From: an uncultured Rhizobium sp.
Lineage (GTDB): Bacteria > Pseudomonadota > Alphaproteobacteria > Rickettsiales > UBA1997
Length of the DNA: 64,000 nucleotides
Direction: 5' to 3'
NCBI GenBank assembly: GCA_964447395.1
Contig: CAYUSO010000002.1
Location: forward strand, 3,341 to 67,340
Below, piece by piece: positions 9,566 to 20,638 of this stretch. Within the stretch, counting starts at the first letter, position 1. Each line of letters starts with the position of its first letter. The translations under genes were made by a program, and so were the position numbers. Under the pieces are notes generated by a model. The model saw nothing but the letters and a program-made list of their open reading frames with translations. It was not told where the DNA came from and made no database searches.

Positions 9566-11278
9566 TTATTTTTTTCTGCGAAAAAATGCCGGCACATTCA
9601 AAATATCATCTTCGAATTTATCGTCTTTAACCTGATTTTCCTCTTCATCCAAAACTGTAGCGGCAAAAAACTGGCGACGCTTTTTCTCAGCTTCTTCGGA
9701 TTTTTTCTCTGCCTTAGGCTTCTCTATTTTTTCTGCTTTGTGAACAATCGGCTTTTGAGATTTTTCAAATTCCTCTTCACCCTCATCTTCAGAAATTTCT
9801 GATGATTTTGAAGCATTCATAAAACTAAATAAACTAAAGCCCCCTCCTTCTTTTTTAGATTTGGCAGGAGCCGACTTTGCTGGCTTTGGAGCGTATTTTT
9901 TTTCTTCCACAACCTCTTCTTCCGCATCATCTTCATCGATAATTTTTTCTTCTAACTCTGCACCAAAAAAGCTGATTTGAGTGAAGCCTTTTTCGTCAGT
10001 TAATTCATGTTTTTTGTGAGAATTTTCTGTCTTGCCGTAATCAAGATTTTCTTCCTTGGTGTAAGTTTTTTTCGGCTTAAAATTTACGTCGCTAATTTCT
10101 TCAACATCTTCATTTGCTGGCTTTGCCGAAATTCCCGGATCAAAGAAGTTTTTTACCGAGGTTTCCTGCTTTTCTTCATCAAAAGAAACCTTGAAACGAC
10201 TTGGCTCATGAGATTCTTGAGATCGCAAAGAATCGCGTCTAAATTCCTCAACATCAATTCCAGTTGCAACCACGGAAATTCTAATTTTTCCCTTCATATT
10301 TTCATTGAAAGCAGAGCCAAAAATAATGTTGGCATTTGGATCAACTTCTTTCTTGATCGCATTAACCGCCATATCGGCTTCAAACAGCGTCATATCTGGG
10401 CCGCCAGTCATATTCACTAATACGCCTTTAGCACCTTTAATCGAAATATCATCGAGCAACGGATTTGAAATAGCGGCTTCGCAAGCAGCAATAGCGCGGT
10501 TCTCGCCAGTTGCTTCTCCGGTTCCCATCATCGCTTTTCCCATTTTTGTCATGATGGTTCTAATGTCGGCAAAATCGAGATTTACCAAGCCGGGCATAGT
10601 GATAAGATCGGTAACACCGCGAACTCCAGCATGCAAAACATCGTCGGCCATTTTGAAAGCAGATTCAAAAGTTGTGTGCTCGTTAGCAATTCTGAAAAGA
10701 TTTTGATTAGGAATTACGATCAAAGTATCGACATATTTTTTTAGCTCCTCGATGCCTTGCTCAGCCGTTTCCATGCGATATTTTCCTTCGAAGTGAAACG
10801 GTTTTGTGACAACGCCAACGGTTAAAATTTCGCGTTCACGAGCAAGTTTTGCAATTACTGGAGCAGCGCCAGTTCCAGTTCCGCCACCCATTCCAGCAGC
10901 GATGAAAACCATGTTTGCGCCTTCGAGATATTTCTCGATTTCGTCGATATTTTCTTCCGCAGCAGCGCGTCCGCGATCAGGAAAAGAACCGGCTCCCAAT
11001 CCTTTGGTAGTTTTTATTCCGAGCTGAATGCGATTTTGCGCTAAAGAATTTTGCAATGCTTGCGCGTCAGTGTTGGCAGCAACAAACTCTACACCTTCGA
11101 GATCAGAGCGAATCATGTTATTGATGGCATTTCCACCAGCACCACCAGCGCCGAAAATTACGATTCTTGGTTTCAATAATTCGGGCTGAGGAATATCAAT
11201 TTTGAGAGACATAGAGGAAGAATTTTTAGATTTTCTCGGCTGCTTAACGTGAGCCTCGGGATTAGGATTTTCTAGCAT
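9566..11278 (-). CDS. ftsZ: Cell division protein FtsZ (long acidic linker; alternative start 11212)
   Basis: GGGTGTG, NLDFAD, C-terminal [10 protein letters not shown]. Confidence 0.98.
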   Translation of the reverse strand: MLENPNPEAHVKQPRKSKNSSSMSLKIDIPQPELLKPRIVIFGAGGAGGNAINNMIRSDLEGVEFVAANTDAQALQNSLAQNRIQLGIKTTKGLGAGSFPDRGRAAAEENIDEIEKYLEGANMVFIAAGMGGGTGTGAAPVIAKLAREREILTVGVVTKPFHFEGKYRMETAEQGIEELKKYVDTLIVIPNQNLFRIANEHTTFESAFKMADDVLHAGVRGVTDLITMPGLVNLDFADIRTIMTKMGKAMMGTGEATGENRAIAACEAAISNPLLDDISIKGAKGVLVNMTGGPDMTLFEADMAVNAIKKEVDPNANIIFGSAFNENMKGKIRISVVATGIDVEEFRRDSLRSQESHEPSRFKVSFDEEKQETSVKNFFDPGISAKPANEDVEEISDVNFKPKKTYTKEENLDYGKTENSHKKHELTDEKGFTQISFFGAELEEKIIDEDDAEEEVVEEKKYAPKPAKSAPAKSKKEGGGFSLFSFMNASKSSEISEDEGEEEFEKSQKPIVHKAEKIEKPKAEKKSEEAEKKRRQFFAATVLDEEENQVKDDKFEDDILNVPAFFRRKK

Positions 11279-11282
11279 TGGA

Positions 11283-12398
11283 TTAAGATTTTAAACTTTC
11301 GTTTGTGACTAAATTTTGATGCGTAACCAAAGTTGCTTTTACGATTTCATCTTCGCGATTAATCGAAATTATTTTCTTTTCTTTATCAACCAAAAGCTCA
11401 AGGAAATTAAAAATATTTTTGGCAAAAAGTTTGCTTGCGTCATTTGCGATTCGCGACGGAAAATTTTCGTGACCGATGATTTTTACACCGCCAACTTCAA
11501 GGATTTTTCCTTTTTGTGTCAGGGCACAATTGCCGCCATTAATGGCTGCGAGATCAATAATAATCGCGCCAGATTTCATCGATTTCACCATTTCTTCGGA
11601 GATTAAAATCGGCGCTTTTTTTCCCGGAATTAACGCGGTTGAAATCACCACATCCTGATTTTTTATCACATCTTTTAGCAATTGTTCCTGAAGTTTTTTA
11701 TATTCCTCCGACATTTCTTTGGCGTAAACTCCCTCAACTTTTTCTTCCGATTTTACTTCGATAAATTTCGCGCCGAGGCTTTGCACTTGTTCTTTCGCGG
11801 CGGTGCGAACATCAAAAGCAGAAACAATTGCGCCCAATCTTTTTGCGGTTGCGATTGCTTGCAAGCCAGCAACGCCGGCGCCGAGAATAAGAATTTTTGC
11901 CGCAGAAATTGTGCCCGCCGCCGTCATCATCATCGGAACTGCTTTTTGCATTTCATAGACGGCGTCAATAACGGCGCGATATCCCGCCAAATTACTTTGG
12001 GAAGAAAGAACATCCATACTTTGCGCGCGAGTAATACGCGGCAAAAGCTCGAGCGCGAAAGCTGAAACATTTTTTTGCGCGAGTTCAGCAATTTTTTCTT
12101 TTTGGAAAAATGGATTGAGAGTGGCGATTAAAACTATGCCAAACTTGGCTTTGGAGAAATCAACTTCAGTTCTTTGCACTGAAATTATCACATCGATTTC
12201 GGATAAAATTTGTGAGATGTCGGAGATTATTTTTGCGCCAGATTTTTCGAAATCAGCATCAGAAATTGACGATTTTTCTCCAGCTTTTGCTTCAACAAAA
12301 ATTTCTAATCCGAGTTTTTGATATTTTGAAACTAGTTCGGGAGTAAGAGCGACGCGGTTTTCATTGGCGGCGGATTCTTTTAGGACTAGTAGTTTCAT
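11283..12398 (-). CDS. pntA: NAD(P) transhydrogenase alpha subunit part 1 (soluble domain I)
   Basis: [38 protein letters not shown]; no TM part. Confidence 0.95.
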   Translation of the reverse strand: MKLLVLKESAANENRVALTPELVSKYQKLGLEIFVEAKAGEKSSISDADFEKSGAKIISDISQILSEIDVIISVQRTEVDFSKAKFGIVLIATLNPFFQKEKIAELAQKNVSAFALELLPRITRAQSMDVLSSQSNLAGYRAVIDAVYEMQKAVPMMMTAAGTISAAKILILGAGVAGLQAIATAKRLGAIVSAFDVRTAAKEQVQSLGAKFIEVKSEEKVEGVYAKEMSEEYKKLQEQLLKDVIKNQDVVISTALIPGKKAPILISEEMVKSMKSGAIIIDLAAINGGNCALTQKGKILEVGGVKIIGHENFPSRIANDASKLFAKNIFNFLELLVDKEKKIISINREDEIVKATLVTHQNLVTNESLKS

Positions 12399-12439
12399 GG
12401 GAGTTGGAGTGTGTTTAAAAACAGGCTTGGGCAGGGAGC

Positions 12440-12537
12440 CGCCCGTCTTCGCTCCTTTGCGGAGCTACGCCGGGCACACTCCGCTCTAACGATCTCCACG
12501 TAGCTGTGCCACGCGTAGCTTGTAAGAGCGGAGTGTG
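12440..12537. repeat. Palindromic element abutting the tRNA 3' end
   Basis: cacactccgctct (12475-12487) pairs with agagcggagtgtg (12525-12537); extra hairpin ttcgctcctttgcggagctacg. Confidence 0.7.
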
Positions 12538-12622
12538 GTGCGGTCGAGAAGATTTGAACTTCCACGGGTTTTACCCCACAACGACCTCAACGTTGCGCGT
12601 ATACCAATTCCGCCACGACCGC
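12536..12622 (-). tRNA. tRNA-Leu(GAG)
   Basis: GCGGTCG acceptor stem, anticodon arm CAACG-TTGAGGT-CGTTG, long variable arm, GTTCAAATC T-loop, encoded CCA; 87 nt. Confidence 0.97.
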
Positions 12623-12633
12623 ACAAAAAACCT

Positions 12634-15600
12634 TTAGATCACCAAAGGTTTTAATCGATTTAGAGCTACAATAAACACCGCCAAATCTGGATTTGGCTGC
12701 GCTTTCACATCTGAAATAAAATTGTCAAAACGTTCGACCAAAAAATCGACGGTTTTAATCCAATTCTCAACAGAATTTACTTCGCACAAAGTTTTTTCTT
12801 CGCAGCTGGAATCAACCACGCGTTTCGCGATGCGCATTTGGTAAGCATAAAGATCTTCCAAAATTGTTTTGCTGGAAAGCTTTTGCCAGTGATCTTCAAG
12901 CGCGAGATTTGAAACTCTGCTGCGCAACCACTTTAGCGAAAATCTGGTACCGATAGCGAAGTAAATTTTTGCGATTGTTTTGAGATCGAAATTTGATGCG
13001 GCGGAAATTTCAGCAATGTCGAAGGCTGATGCGACTGGATCCATCGCGGCAATTTTTTCTGCCAATTTGCGATCAACATTGTTCAGGCAATAACGCTCGA
13101 TTTTTCTTTCGAAAGATTCGCGCGAAGCTTGTGCCAAAACTTGCGAAAGCACGCTGTGAAGCTCGTCAGCAATTTTTCTGAAACGCGTCACAACTGTTGA
13201 AATTGTTCCTTTCGCTTGATTGCGCAACAACCACATCACTGATCTTTCGAGCAATTTATTTGCGCTCAAAAACATTTGCATTTGCACGTGAGTTGCGACT
13301 TTGCCATCGAGTTTTTCTACCTCTTCCCAAACTTCTCGAATGCGGAAAGAATCGCAGGCGATGATGAAACTTTTTACCACTTCCGGCACGCTGAAGCCGC
13401 TATCTTGGCAGATTTGGCTGATGAAGGTGATGCCGATTCTATTGACGACAAAGTTAGTGATTTGAGTAGCGATTATTTCGTTACGAAGTTGGTGATTGCT
13501 GATTTCGTCTGGAAATTTTTCCTGCAATAATTTTGGAAAATAAGCAAAAAGTTCGCTCTCGAAATATTTATCTTTCACCAAATTTGAGGCGAGAATTTGG
13601 TTGTAAATATCCATTTTGGAATAAGCCAACATCACGCAAAGCTCTGGGCGAGTAAGACCTACACGATCACTTTGTCTTTTTTCGATTTCTTTTTTGCTTG
13701 GTAAAAATTCAATTTTGCGATTCAGCAAACCAGATTTTTCCAACTTATTGATGAACTGCGCTTGCTCACCAAGAGCCGAAATACCTTGGAATTGAGCGAT
13801 TGAAATGGCTTGAGTTTGCAAACGATTATCGGAAAGCACGAGATCCGAAACTTCATCCGTCATCTTTTCGAGAATCTTATTGCGCTCATCGAGAGTTATT
13901 TTTTCGCTACGCATTGCTGCGATCAAAGCAATTTTGATATTCACCTCGTGATCGGAACAATCGACGCCAGCGGAATTATCCATTGCGTCAGTGTTGATAC
14001 GAACATTATTGAAAGCGGCTTCGATTCGACCTTTTTGCGTGAAGCCAAGATTTCCGCCCTCGCCCACAACTTTGCAGCGTAGCTCATTGCCGTTGATGCG
14101 AAGAACATCGTTGGCACGATCGCCAACTTCTTGATGCGATTCATCGGTGGCTTTGACGTAAGTTCCAATTCCACCATTCCACAATAAATCGACCGGCGCT
14201 TTTAAAATGGCGCGGATGAGATCTGTCGGCGTTAATTCGTCTTCCTCGATTGCCAAAATAGTTTTGATTTCGGGAGAAATTTTGATCGATTTCGCGCTCC
14301 TTTCAAAAATTCCGCCGCCTTTGGAAATGAGAGATTTGTCGTAATCCATCCAACTTGAACGCGGCAAATTAAACATGCGTTCGCGCTCAACAAAAGATTT
14401 TGCCGCATCGGGATTTGGATCGAAAAAAATGTGCATGTGATTGAAAGCGGCGACAAGCTTGATGTGCTTTGAAAGCAACATGCCGTTGCCGAAAACGTCG
14501 CCAGCTAAATCGCCGATACCAACAGCAGTGAAATCTTGCGTTTGCGTGTCAATTCCCATTTCGCGGAAATGACGCATTACGGAAATCCAGCCGCCTTTTG
14601 CGGTGATTCCCATTTTCTTGTGATCGTAACCAACCGAACCGCCGGAAGCAAAAGCGTCGCCAAGCCAGAAATTATATTCGGCAGAAATGGAATTGGCGAT
14701 ATCGGAGAAAGTTGCGGTACCTTTATCGGCGGCAACTACGAGGTAAGGATCAGCTTCGTCATGCATGATAACATTTTGCGGATGTTCGATTTTGCCATTG
14801 ACCACGTTATCCGTGATGTCGAGCAAACCGCGCAGGAATGTTTTGTAGCATTCGATTCCTTCCTTTTGGATTTCATCGCGATTGAAGCCAGAAATATCGC
14901 GCTTCAAAATGAATCCGCCTTTTGAACCTACTGGAACAATCACGGCGTTTTTTGTCATTTGCGCTTTCATCAAACCAAGGACTTCAGTTCTGAAATCTTC
15001 TTGACGATCAGACCAGCGCAATCCGCCGCGCGCGACTTTTCCGCCGCGCAAGTGAATCGCTTCAACTCTTGGCGAGAAAACAAAAATTTCGGCGTGAGGC
15101 AAAGGCAAAGGCAATTCCGGCACTTTTTTGCAATCGAACTTGAAAGACATATAGCCTTTAAAATCACAATTTGCGCCTTGGCCATTCTTGCCGTGCTGGT
15201 AATAGTTGGTGCGCAAAGTTGCGGAAATCGCGCCGAAAAATCTGCGAATCACTGCGTCGTCCGTCACGTCTTTGATTTGATTCAATCCTGCTTTGATTTG
15301 CTCAGAAATTTCTTCGATTTTTTGTTTACGCTCAGTGGCGGAAATTTTTAGCGACGGATCGAATTTATTTTCAAACAGCGCAATGAGGAGTTTGGTTAAA
15401 TCGTGATGTCGAACCATCACATCGGAAATGTATTCCTGATTAAAACGGAATCCGGTTTGGTAGAGATATTTGGTGTAAGCGCGAAGCATGTAGATTTGCT
15501 TCCAGTAAAGATCTGCGGCTACAACCAGCTTGTTTAAAAAACCAACTTGAGTTTCTCCTTGCCAAATTAACGAAACGGTTTTTTCAAAATTGGCTTTAAC

Positions 15601-17481
15601 TTTTTCTGAAAAAACTGTGCCCGATTTGCTCAAATTGAGGTGGAAATAGTGAATCCAAACTTTTCTGCGTGAGCGATTTTTGCCATCTTCCTCGATGTTG
15701 ACGGTGTAAGTGTGTTCTTGAATTACGTTAAAACCGAAACTTTCAAGAATCGGCATTACTTGCGAGAGAATGATTTCTTTTTCCGGAGAATAAATTTTTA
15801 ACTCCGTCACGTCTGGCGCGAGAAGTTCGGAAGATTTGTAAAGATTGAAAATCGCAGAATTTTTTTCCAAACAATCTTCGATGCGCGAAATATCAATAAC
15901 GGCGCGCTTCGGATCGAATCGATTTATGTAGCTGACTGAAAAAGAATTTTTGTAACGCGCGAAAAGCGAAACATATTTTTCGTCGCCAAATTTTGCTTTT
16001 ACGGCTTCGAGAAGATCGTCGCTCCAAATCTTCGTCATTTTGGTAATTTCGCGCTCAACTTTGCTTTCGTTAACTTGCGGAATGCCTTTGTTGGTACGCA
16101 CAATTACGTGAAATCTGATGAGGTTGGAAGTGGTGATTTGCACGAAAGAATCTGCGATTTCGCCTTGATAAATTTCGGCGAGATATTCTTTTATTTTTTC
16201 GCGCATGTCAGAATTGCTGCGATCGCGCGGCGTGAAAATTAAGCAACTGACGAAGCGTTTGAATTTATCTTCGCGGGCAAAAAATCTGACTTGTGATCTT
16301 CCACAAATTGCCACGATTCCAGTGGAATTTTTTAGCAAATCTTCTTCCGAAATTTGGAAAAGTTCGTCACGCGGATAGGATTCCAGAACCGAAACAAGCT
16401 CTTTGTAGTTGTAGCTGCCTTTGATGTAGCCTGAATCAGAAATCACTTTTGCAGCTTTATTGCGCACCAAAGGAATTTCGCTGATGCTGCTGTGATAAGC
16501 TGAAGAGGTGAAAAGACCGATGAATCTGAATTCGCCAACAACTTTTCCGTCGGCAGAAATTTTTTGAACACGAATTCTTTCGGCATTTGCCACGCGATGA
16601 ATTCGTGAGCGATAACGCGATTTTAAAATTTCGATTACGTAAGGATTTTTTACCGAATCGCAAACTTCTTCTGATGAAGAATTAACCACTTCCGGCCTGA
16701 AATCGTCATGCTTGGAACGGAAAACTCCGCAAGCAGAATTTGCCACTTCTTGCAGGCAATATTGACCGTTTTTTACTTCCTTAATGTCGAATTCTTTAGC
16801 GCCGAGAAGGATGAAATTTCCGTCGATCATCCAAGAGATAAAATCTTTGATTTCGGCGAGATCTTTGTCGTTTTTAGTAAATTTCTTAGCGCCGTCAAGC
16901 TGCGCCAATGCTTTGTTGCCAAGATCAATCATCGATTTCCAATCTTCTACAACCAAAGCAACATTCGCCAAAATTTTTCCGATATTTTCCTGCAACATTT
17001 TCATGTCAGATTCGGAAGTGATTTTGTCGAGATGAAGTTGAATTATCGATTCCTGTTTAGAGCTTTTTTCGCTAGAAATTTTTTCAAATTCGCCATTTTT
17101 TCTTACTACGGAATAAATCGGATGAATAATATTTTTTACACGAATTCCATGCTTGTCGAGATAAGAGACTGTTGAGTCGACAAGAAATGGCATATCATCA
17201 TTTACAATGTCAAGAAAGGTGAAAAAAGAATCAAATCCGTCTTTTTTAGCATCTGGATTGTAAATGCGAATTTTTGGCTCGTTAGATTTTTTTTTGGAAA
17301 AAAATTCGAAGCTTAATTTTGCAGCGTTAAAGAGGTCTTCCGGAGAGTAATTATCGAAGTCGCAAATTTGATTTTCGGCATAAAAAATTTTCACAAATTC
17401 TGCGAAATTTTTCTTGTCAAACTTGGCCGAATATTTGGCTTCTTTTGAAAAATTAACTACCTGCTCAATTAAGTTTTTCAT
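12634..17481 (-). CDS. gdhB: Large NAD-specific glutamate dehydrogenase
   Basis: 1615 aa; ARGGLRWSDR, VPVGSKGGF, AADKGTATFSD, GYDHKKMGITA. Confidence 0.96.
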   Translation of the reverse strand: MKNLIEQVVNFSKEAKYSAKFDKKNFAEFVKIFYAENQICDFDNYSPEDLFNAAKLSFEFFSKKKSNEPKIRIYNPDAKKDGFDSFFTFLDIVNDDMPFLVDSTVSYLDKHGIRVKNIIHPIYSVVRKNGEFEKISSEKSSKQESIIQLHLDKITSESDMKMLQENIGKILANVALVVEDWKSMIDLGNKALAQLDGAKKFTKNDKDLAEIKDFISWMIDGNFILLGAKEFDIKEVKNGQYCLQEVANSACGVFRSKHDDFRPEVVNSSSEEVCDSVKNPYVIEILKSRYRSRIHRVANAERIRVQKISADGKVVGEFRFIGLFTSSAYHSSISEIPLVRNKAAKVISDSGYIKGSYNYKELVSVLESYPRDELFQISEEDLLKNSTGIVAICGRSQVRFFAREDKFKRFVSCLIFTPRDRSNSDMREKIKEYLAEIYQGEIADSFVQITTSNLIRFHVIVRTNKGIPQVNESKVEREITKMTKIWSDDLLEAVKAKFGDEKYVSLFARYKNSFSVSYINRFDPKRAVIDISRIEDCLEKNSAIFNLYKSSELLAPDVTELKIYSPEKEIILSQVMPILESFGFNVIQEHTYTVNIEEDGKNRSRRKVWIHYFHLNLSKSGTVFSEKVKANFEKTVSLIWQGETQVGFLNKLVVAADLYWKQIYMLRAYTKYLYQTGFRFNQEYISDVMVRHHDLTKLLIALFENKFDPSLKISATERKQKIEEISEQIKAGLNQIKDVTDDAVIRRFFGAISATLRTNYYQHGKNGQGANCDFKGYMSFKFDCKKVPELPLPLPHAEIFVFSPRVEAIHLRGGKVARGGLRWSDRQEDFRTEVLGLMKAQMTKNAVIVPVGSKGGFILKRDISGFNRDEIQKEGIECYKTFLRGLLDITDNVVNGKIEHPQNVIMHDEADPYLVVAADKGTATFSDIANSISAEYNFWLGDAFASGGSVGYDHKKMGITAKGGWISVMRHFREMGIDTQTQDFTAVGIGDLAGDVFGNGMLLSKHIKLVAAFNHMHIFFDPNPDAAKSFVERERMFNLPRSSWMDYDKSLISKGGGIFERSAKSIKISPEIKTILAIEEDELTPTDLIRAILKAPVDLLWNGGIGTYVKATDESHQEVGDRANDVLRINGNELRCKVVGEGGNLGFTQKGRIEAAFNNVRINTDAMDNSAGVDCSDHEVNIKIALIAAMRSEKITLDERNKILEKMTDEVSDLVLSDNRLQTQAISIAQFQGISALGEQAQFINKLEKSGLLNRKIEFLPSKKEIEKRQSDRVGLTRPELCVMLAYSKMDIYNQILASNLVKDKYFESELFAYFPKLLQEKFPDEISNHQLRNEIIATQITNFVVNRIGITFISQICQDSGFSVPEVVKSFIIACDSFRIREVWEEVEKLDGKVATHVQMQMFLSANKLLERSVMWLLRNQAKGTISTVVTRFRKIADELHSVLSQVLAQASRESFERKIERYCLNNVDRKLAEKIAAMDPVASAFDIAEISAASNFDLKTIAKIYFAIGTRFSLKWLRSRVSNLALEDHWQKLSSKTILEDLYAYQMRIAKRVVDSSCEEKTLCEVNSVENWIKTVDFLVERFDNFISDVKAQPNPDLAVFIVALNRLKPLVI

Positions 17482-17497
17482 AAAATTTTTTTGAAAT

Positions 17498-18031
17498 TTA
17501 TTTTTTGATCAGAGTGACGACCATCTGCATTCCTTCTAAGCGCGGATTGACTTCCGGCTTTGCGAATTCTTCAGTTTCTTTGAGAATATTTGCCATCATT
17601 TTTTCGGCCAAATCGCGGTGAGTAATTTCGCGGCCTTTCATGCGAATACTGACTTTCACTTTGCAGTTTTTTTCGATGAATTCTTTGGTGTGACGAATTT
17701 TAGTGTCGTAATCGCCTTTGCCGATGTTGATCGTCATTTTAATTTCCTTCACCTCGACAACTTTTTGTTTTTTCTTGGCATCAGCCGCTTTCTTTTGCAG
17801 CTCGTATTTCATCTTGCCGAAATTTGAAATTTTACAAACCGGAGGATTGGCATTTGGTGAAACTTCGATGAGATCGAGATCAACTTCCTGCGCCATTCGA
17901 ATCCCTTCCGCAACCGTGGTGACGCCAAACATTTTGCCTTCGTGATCAATCAATCTGATCTCTCTGGCTTTGATTTGTTCGTTAATTTTAAAAGGATTAG
18001 TTGGCTGAGCTTGCGGTTTTATTGGTCTCAC
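17498..18031 (-). CDS. infC: Translation initiation factor IF-3
   Basis: INEQI..REIRLID, PPVCKI, KEIK, KGRE motifs. Confidence 0.96.
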   Translation of the reverse strand: MRPIKPQAQPTNPFKINEQIKAREIRLIDHEGKMFGVTTVAEGIRMAQEVDLDLIEVSPNANPPVCKISNFGKMKYELQKKAADAKKKQKVVEVKEIKMTINIGKGDYDTKIRHTKEFIEKNCKVKVSIRMKGREITHRDLAEKMMANILKETEEFAKPEVNPRLEGMQMVVTLIKK

Positions 18032-18065
18032 AGATTTTTTAAATTGTTAAAGAAGGACATTTCGA

Positions 18066-18101
18066 GGCGGCGCAACTTAGAAGTGGGTAAGTAAATTTCA
18101 A
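18066..18101 (-). promoter_or_regulatory. Putative sigma70 promoter of infC
   Basis: TTGAAA-N16-TAAGTT-GCGCCGCC. Confidence 0.55.
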
Positions 18102-18448
18102 CTTATGAAATTGCGGTGATGTTTGATCCGAAAAAATCGTTCAACCTCAATAAAATCAAAGCGCCGATTGTGGTTATGAAATTGCGGATTTTTGGCGATA
18201 AAAATTTCAGCGGCACGTTTTATTCGCTCAATTTGCTTGGGGCGCAGCACTTCTTCGATAAAAATTTTGGATTTTCGCGCCTTTACTTCGATAAAAATTA
18301 TCGTGCGAAATTTTTGCGCAATAATGTCGATTTCGCCGCAATTTGTTTTATAGCGCCAAGCCAGAATTTTGTAGAGCTTGATGGTTAAAAAAATCAGCGA
18401 GATTCTTTCGGCTAGAAGGCCGAATTTATAGGTTTGTTTTTTGGTCAT
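18098..18448 (-). CDS. yraN: YraN family (UPF0102) nuclease-like protein
   Basis: GEIDIIA, FIEVKAR, RFD motifs; next to rsmI. Confidence 0.9.
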   Translation of the reverse strand: MTKKQTYKFGLLAERISLIFLTIKLYKILAWRYKTNCGEIDIIAQKFRTIIFIEVKARKSKIFIEEVLRPKQIERIKRAAEIFIAKNPQFHNHNRRFDFIEVERFFRIKHHRNFIS

Positions 18449-19320
18449 TTTTTGCTCAATTGCAGAGCTAATTGATAAATTTCTTTGCGATTAATTCCGT
18501 AAATTTCGGCTAAATTTTGTGACAAATCCTTTAGGCTTTCACCCGCTAAAATCGCGGCTTTAACCTCTTTTACTAAATCTGCTTCGCTGAAATTTTTTTC
18601 ATTTTTGTCAGCCTTTTCAACGATGATCGCAAATTCACCGCGGATTTTTTCCGGATTTTTTTCGAAGAATTCGCGCAGATTCTTTATTTCATCAGAAATG
18701 ATTTCTTCGTGAATTTTTGTAAGCTCGCGAGCCACGCAAACTCTGCGATTTCCTAAGATTTTCTCGATTGATTCCAAACTTTCCAAAACCCGACTTGGGC
18801 CTTCAAAAAAAACAAAAGTAAAATTTTTCGGCAGCGCCTTTAGCAATTTTTCTTTTTGGATTTTCGAACTTGGCAAGAATCCTAAAAAAGAAAAATTATC
18901 GCAGGCCAAACCCGAAGCACAAAGCGCTGTAGTCAATGCTGATGCGCCTGGAAGAGGAATTACTTTTTGATTTCGAGCGCGCAAAAAACCAATCAATTTA
19001 TGCCCCGGATCAGAAATTAACGGCGTTCCCGCGTCAGAAATCAGCGCCAGAGATTTTCCTTCCAAAAGTAAATGCGAGATTTTTTCGCGCGTTTTTTCGT
19101 CATTGTGATCATTGTAAGTGAGAAGCTTTTTTCCTTTAATTTCGTAGGCATTCAGCAGGCGAATCGAAACTCTGGTATCTTCACAAATCACCAAATCTAC
19201 CGCATTTAAAATTTGCAAAGCGCGCAGTGTAATGTCGCTCAGATTGCCGATTGGCGTGGCCACAACATAAAGCGCATTTTCCGGTTTTAGCGCTTGAGTT
19301 TTTGAGAAAAAATCCTGCAT
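18445..19320 (-). CDS. rsmI: 16S rRNA C1402 2'-O-methyltransferase
   Basis: VATPIGNL.DIT.RA, SDAGTPLISDPG, ARELTK.HEE. Confidence 0.96.
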   Translation of the reverse strand: MQDFFSKTQALKPENALYVVATPIGNLSDITLRALQILNAVDLVICEDTRVSIRLLNAYEIKGKKLLTYNDHNDEKTREKISHLLLEGKSLALISDAGTPLISDPGHKLIGFLRARNQKVIPLPGASALTTALCASGLACDNFSFLGFLPSSKIQKEKLLKALPKNFTFVFFEGPSRVLESLESIEKILGNRRVCVARELTKIHEEIISDEIKNLREFFEKNPEKIRGEFAIIVEKADKNEKNFSEADLVKEVKAAILAGESLKDLSQNLAEIYGINRKEIYQLALQLSKK

Positions 19321-19357
19321 ATTGAAGCTATTCACAACCTTCCTTTTTTTTAAATTT

Positions 19358-20638
19358 ATGAAAAAATTTTCGCTGCTTTTAGTATTTTTCCTTTTCGGCT
19401 GTCAATCGCTAAACAAGCAGATTGAGCAGTTCAAAGCGCCAGAAATCGCCGCTGAACAAACTCATCAACAATTCGAATCACGCAATCTCGAAACCCTAAA
19501 AGCTGACGAGAAAAAAATGCAAATTGCACTCTTCTTGCCGTTTTCTGGAAAGAATAAAGATTTGGGCTGGAGCCTTTTCAACGCTGCAACTCTCTCGCTT
19601 TTTGAAAATGATACCAATCACAACCTTGAGCTAATTTTGATTGATTCAAAAGATACACCACAAGAAGCAAAAAAAGCTTTTAGAGAAATAGTTAGTCGCG
19701 ATATCAAAGTTGTAATCGGTCCAGTTTTTAGCAATGTCATCGAAGAAATTGATAGCGCAGCCAAAAGCAATAAAATCGCGGTTATTTCGCTTTCCAATAA
19801 TCAAGAATTGATGGGGAAAATTAACGATGACGGCGGAATTTTTTTAGCCGGAATGTTGCCAGAAACACAAATTGATAAAATTGTTGGATATGCCATGGAG
19901 CGCGGTAAATACAGCTTCGCCATCATAGCACCAAACAATCAATATGGAAAAACCATCACTGATTTATACAAAAGAATCGTGCGTGATCGCGATGGAAATT
20001 TTATCACCGCCGAATTTTATGAACCAAATTCTAAGGACGTAGATCGCCCAGTAGAGCGAGTTATCAACTCTTTCTCTCTTCCTGCGCGCTTGATGGACGG
20101 TAAAAATAAATTGAAGAAAAATGCGGTAGCGAATGAGTCAGACCGCTCTTATCCACAGGTTATCATGATTCCCGAATCTGGCAAAATGCTTTCAAGAATT
20201 ATGGCCTCGATCAAAAAACAAAATAAAGACGAGAGAGATTTTCAAATCGTTGGCAGCAGCCAATGGGACGATATTTCCACACTTAATGACTTTCATCTTA
20301 TTGGCACATGGTTTCCGGCGCCAGAAAGTGAAAAATTTCGTAATTTTGAAAAATCCTATTATCGCAGCTTCAACAAGTTTCCGCCAAGAATTTCCTCAAT
20401 CGTTTATGATTCAGTTGCTGCCGTTGCAGAATTGGCAAATCGCAAAAAAGGTCAGGTCTTAACTGTTAAAGATTTTACCAATTTTACCAATCCACCAAAA
20501 AATGGATTTGAAGGAGTTGATGGACTTTTCAGATTTTTGCCAAACGGCTTGGTGCAAAGAAATTTAGCAGTGCTGCAAGTTGCGAATGGGCATTTCGAGA
20601 CAGCGGACAAACCAGCGGAACAGTTTTTGAAATATTGA
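19358..20638 (+). CDS. Penicillin-binding protein activator lipoprotein (LppC/LpoA-like)
   Basis: Lipobox LFGC, IALFLPFSG, GFEGVDGLFRF; divergent from rsmI as is usual. Confidence 0.85.
   Translation: MKKFSLLLVFFLFGCQSLNKQIEQFKAPEIAAEQTHQQFESRNLETLKADEKKMQIALFLPFSGKNKDLGWSLFNAATLSLFENDTNHNLELILIDSKDTPQEAKKAFREIVSRDIKVVIGPVFSNVIEEIDSAAKSNKIAVISLSNNQELMGKINDDGGIFLAGMLPETQIDKIVGYAMERGKYSFAIIAPNNQYGKTITDLYKRIVRDRDGNFITAEFYEPNSKDVDRPVERVINSFSLPARLMDGKNKLKKNAVANESDRSYPQVIMIPESGKMLSRIMASIKKQNKDERDFQIVGSSQWDDISTLNDFHLIGTWFPAPESEKFRNFEKSYYRSFNKFPPRISSIVYDSVAAVAELANRKKGQVLTVKDFTNFTNPPKNGFEGVDGLFRFLPNGLVQRNLAVLQVANGHFETADKPAEQFLKY

Noticed and set aside
9600..10230. Long acidic FtsZ linker
   Set aside because: Expected for alphaproteobacterial FtsZ
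12400..12634. Genomic island integrated at tRNA-Leu
   Set aside because: No duplicated tRNA 3' end or integrase seen; flanks are housekeeping genes
15150..15200. Possible repeat insertion in GDH (HGKNGQGANCDF)
   Set aside because: Only slightly longer than the usual loop, with no clear palindrome or match to the repeat families
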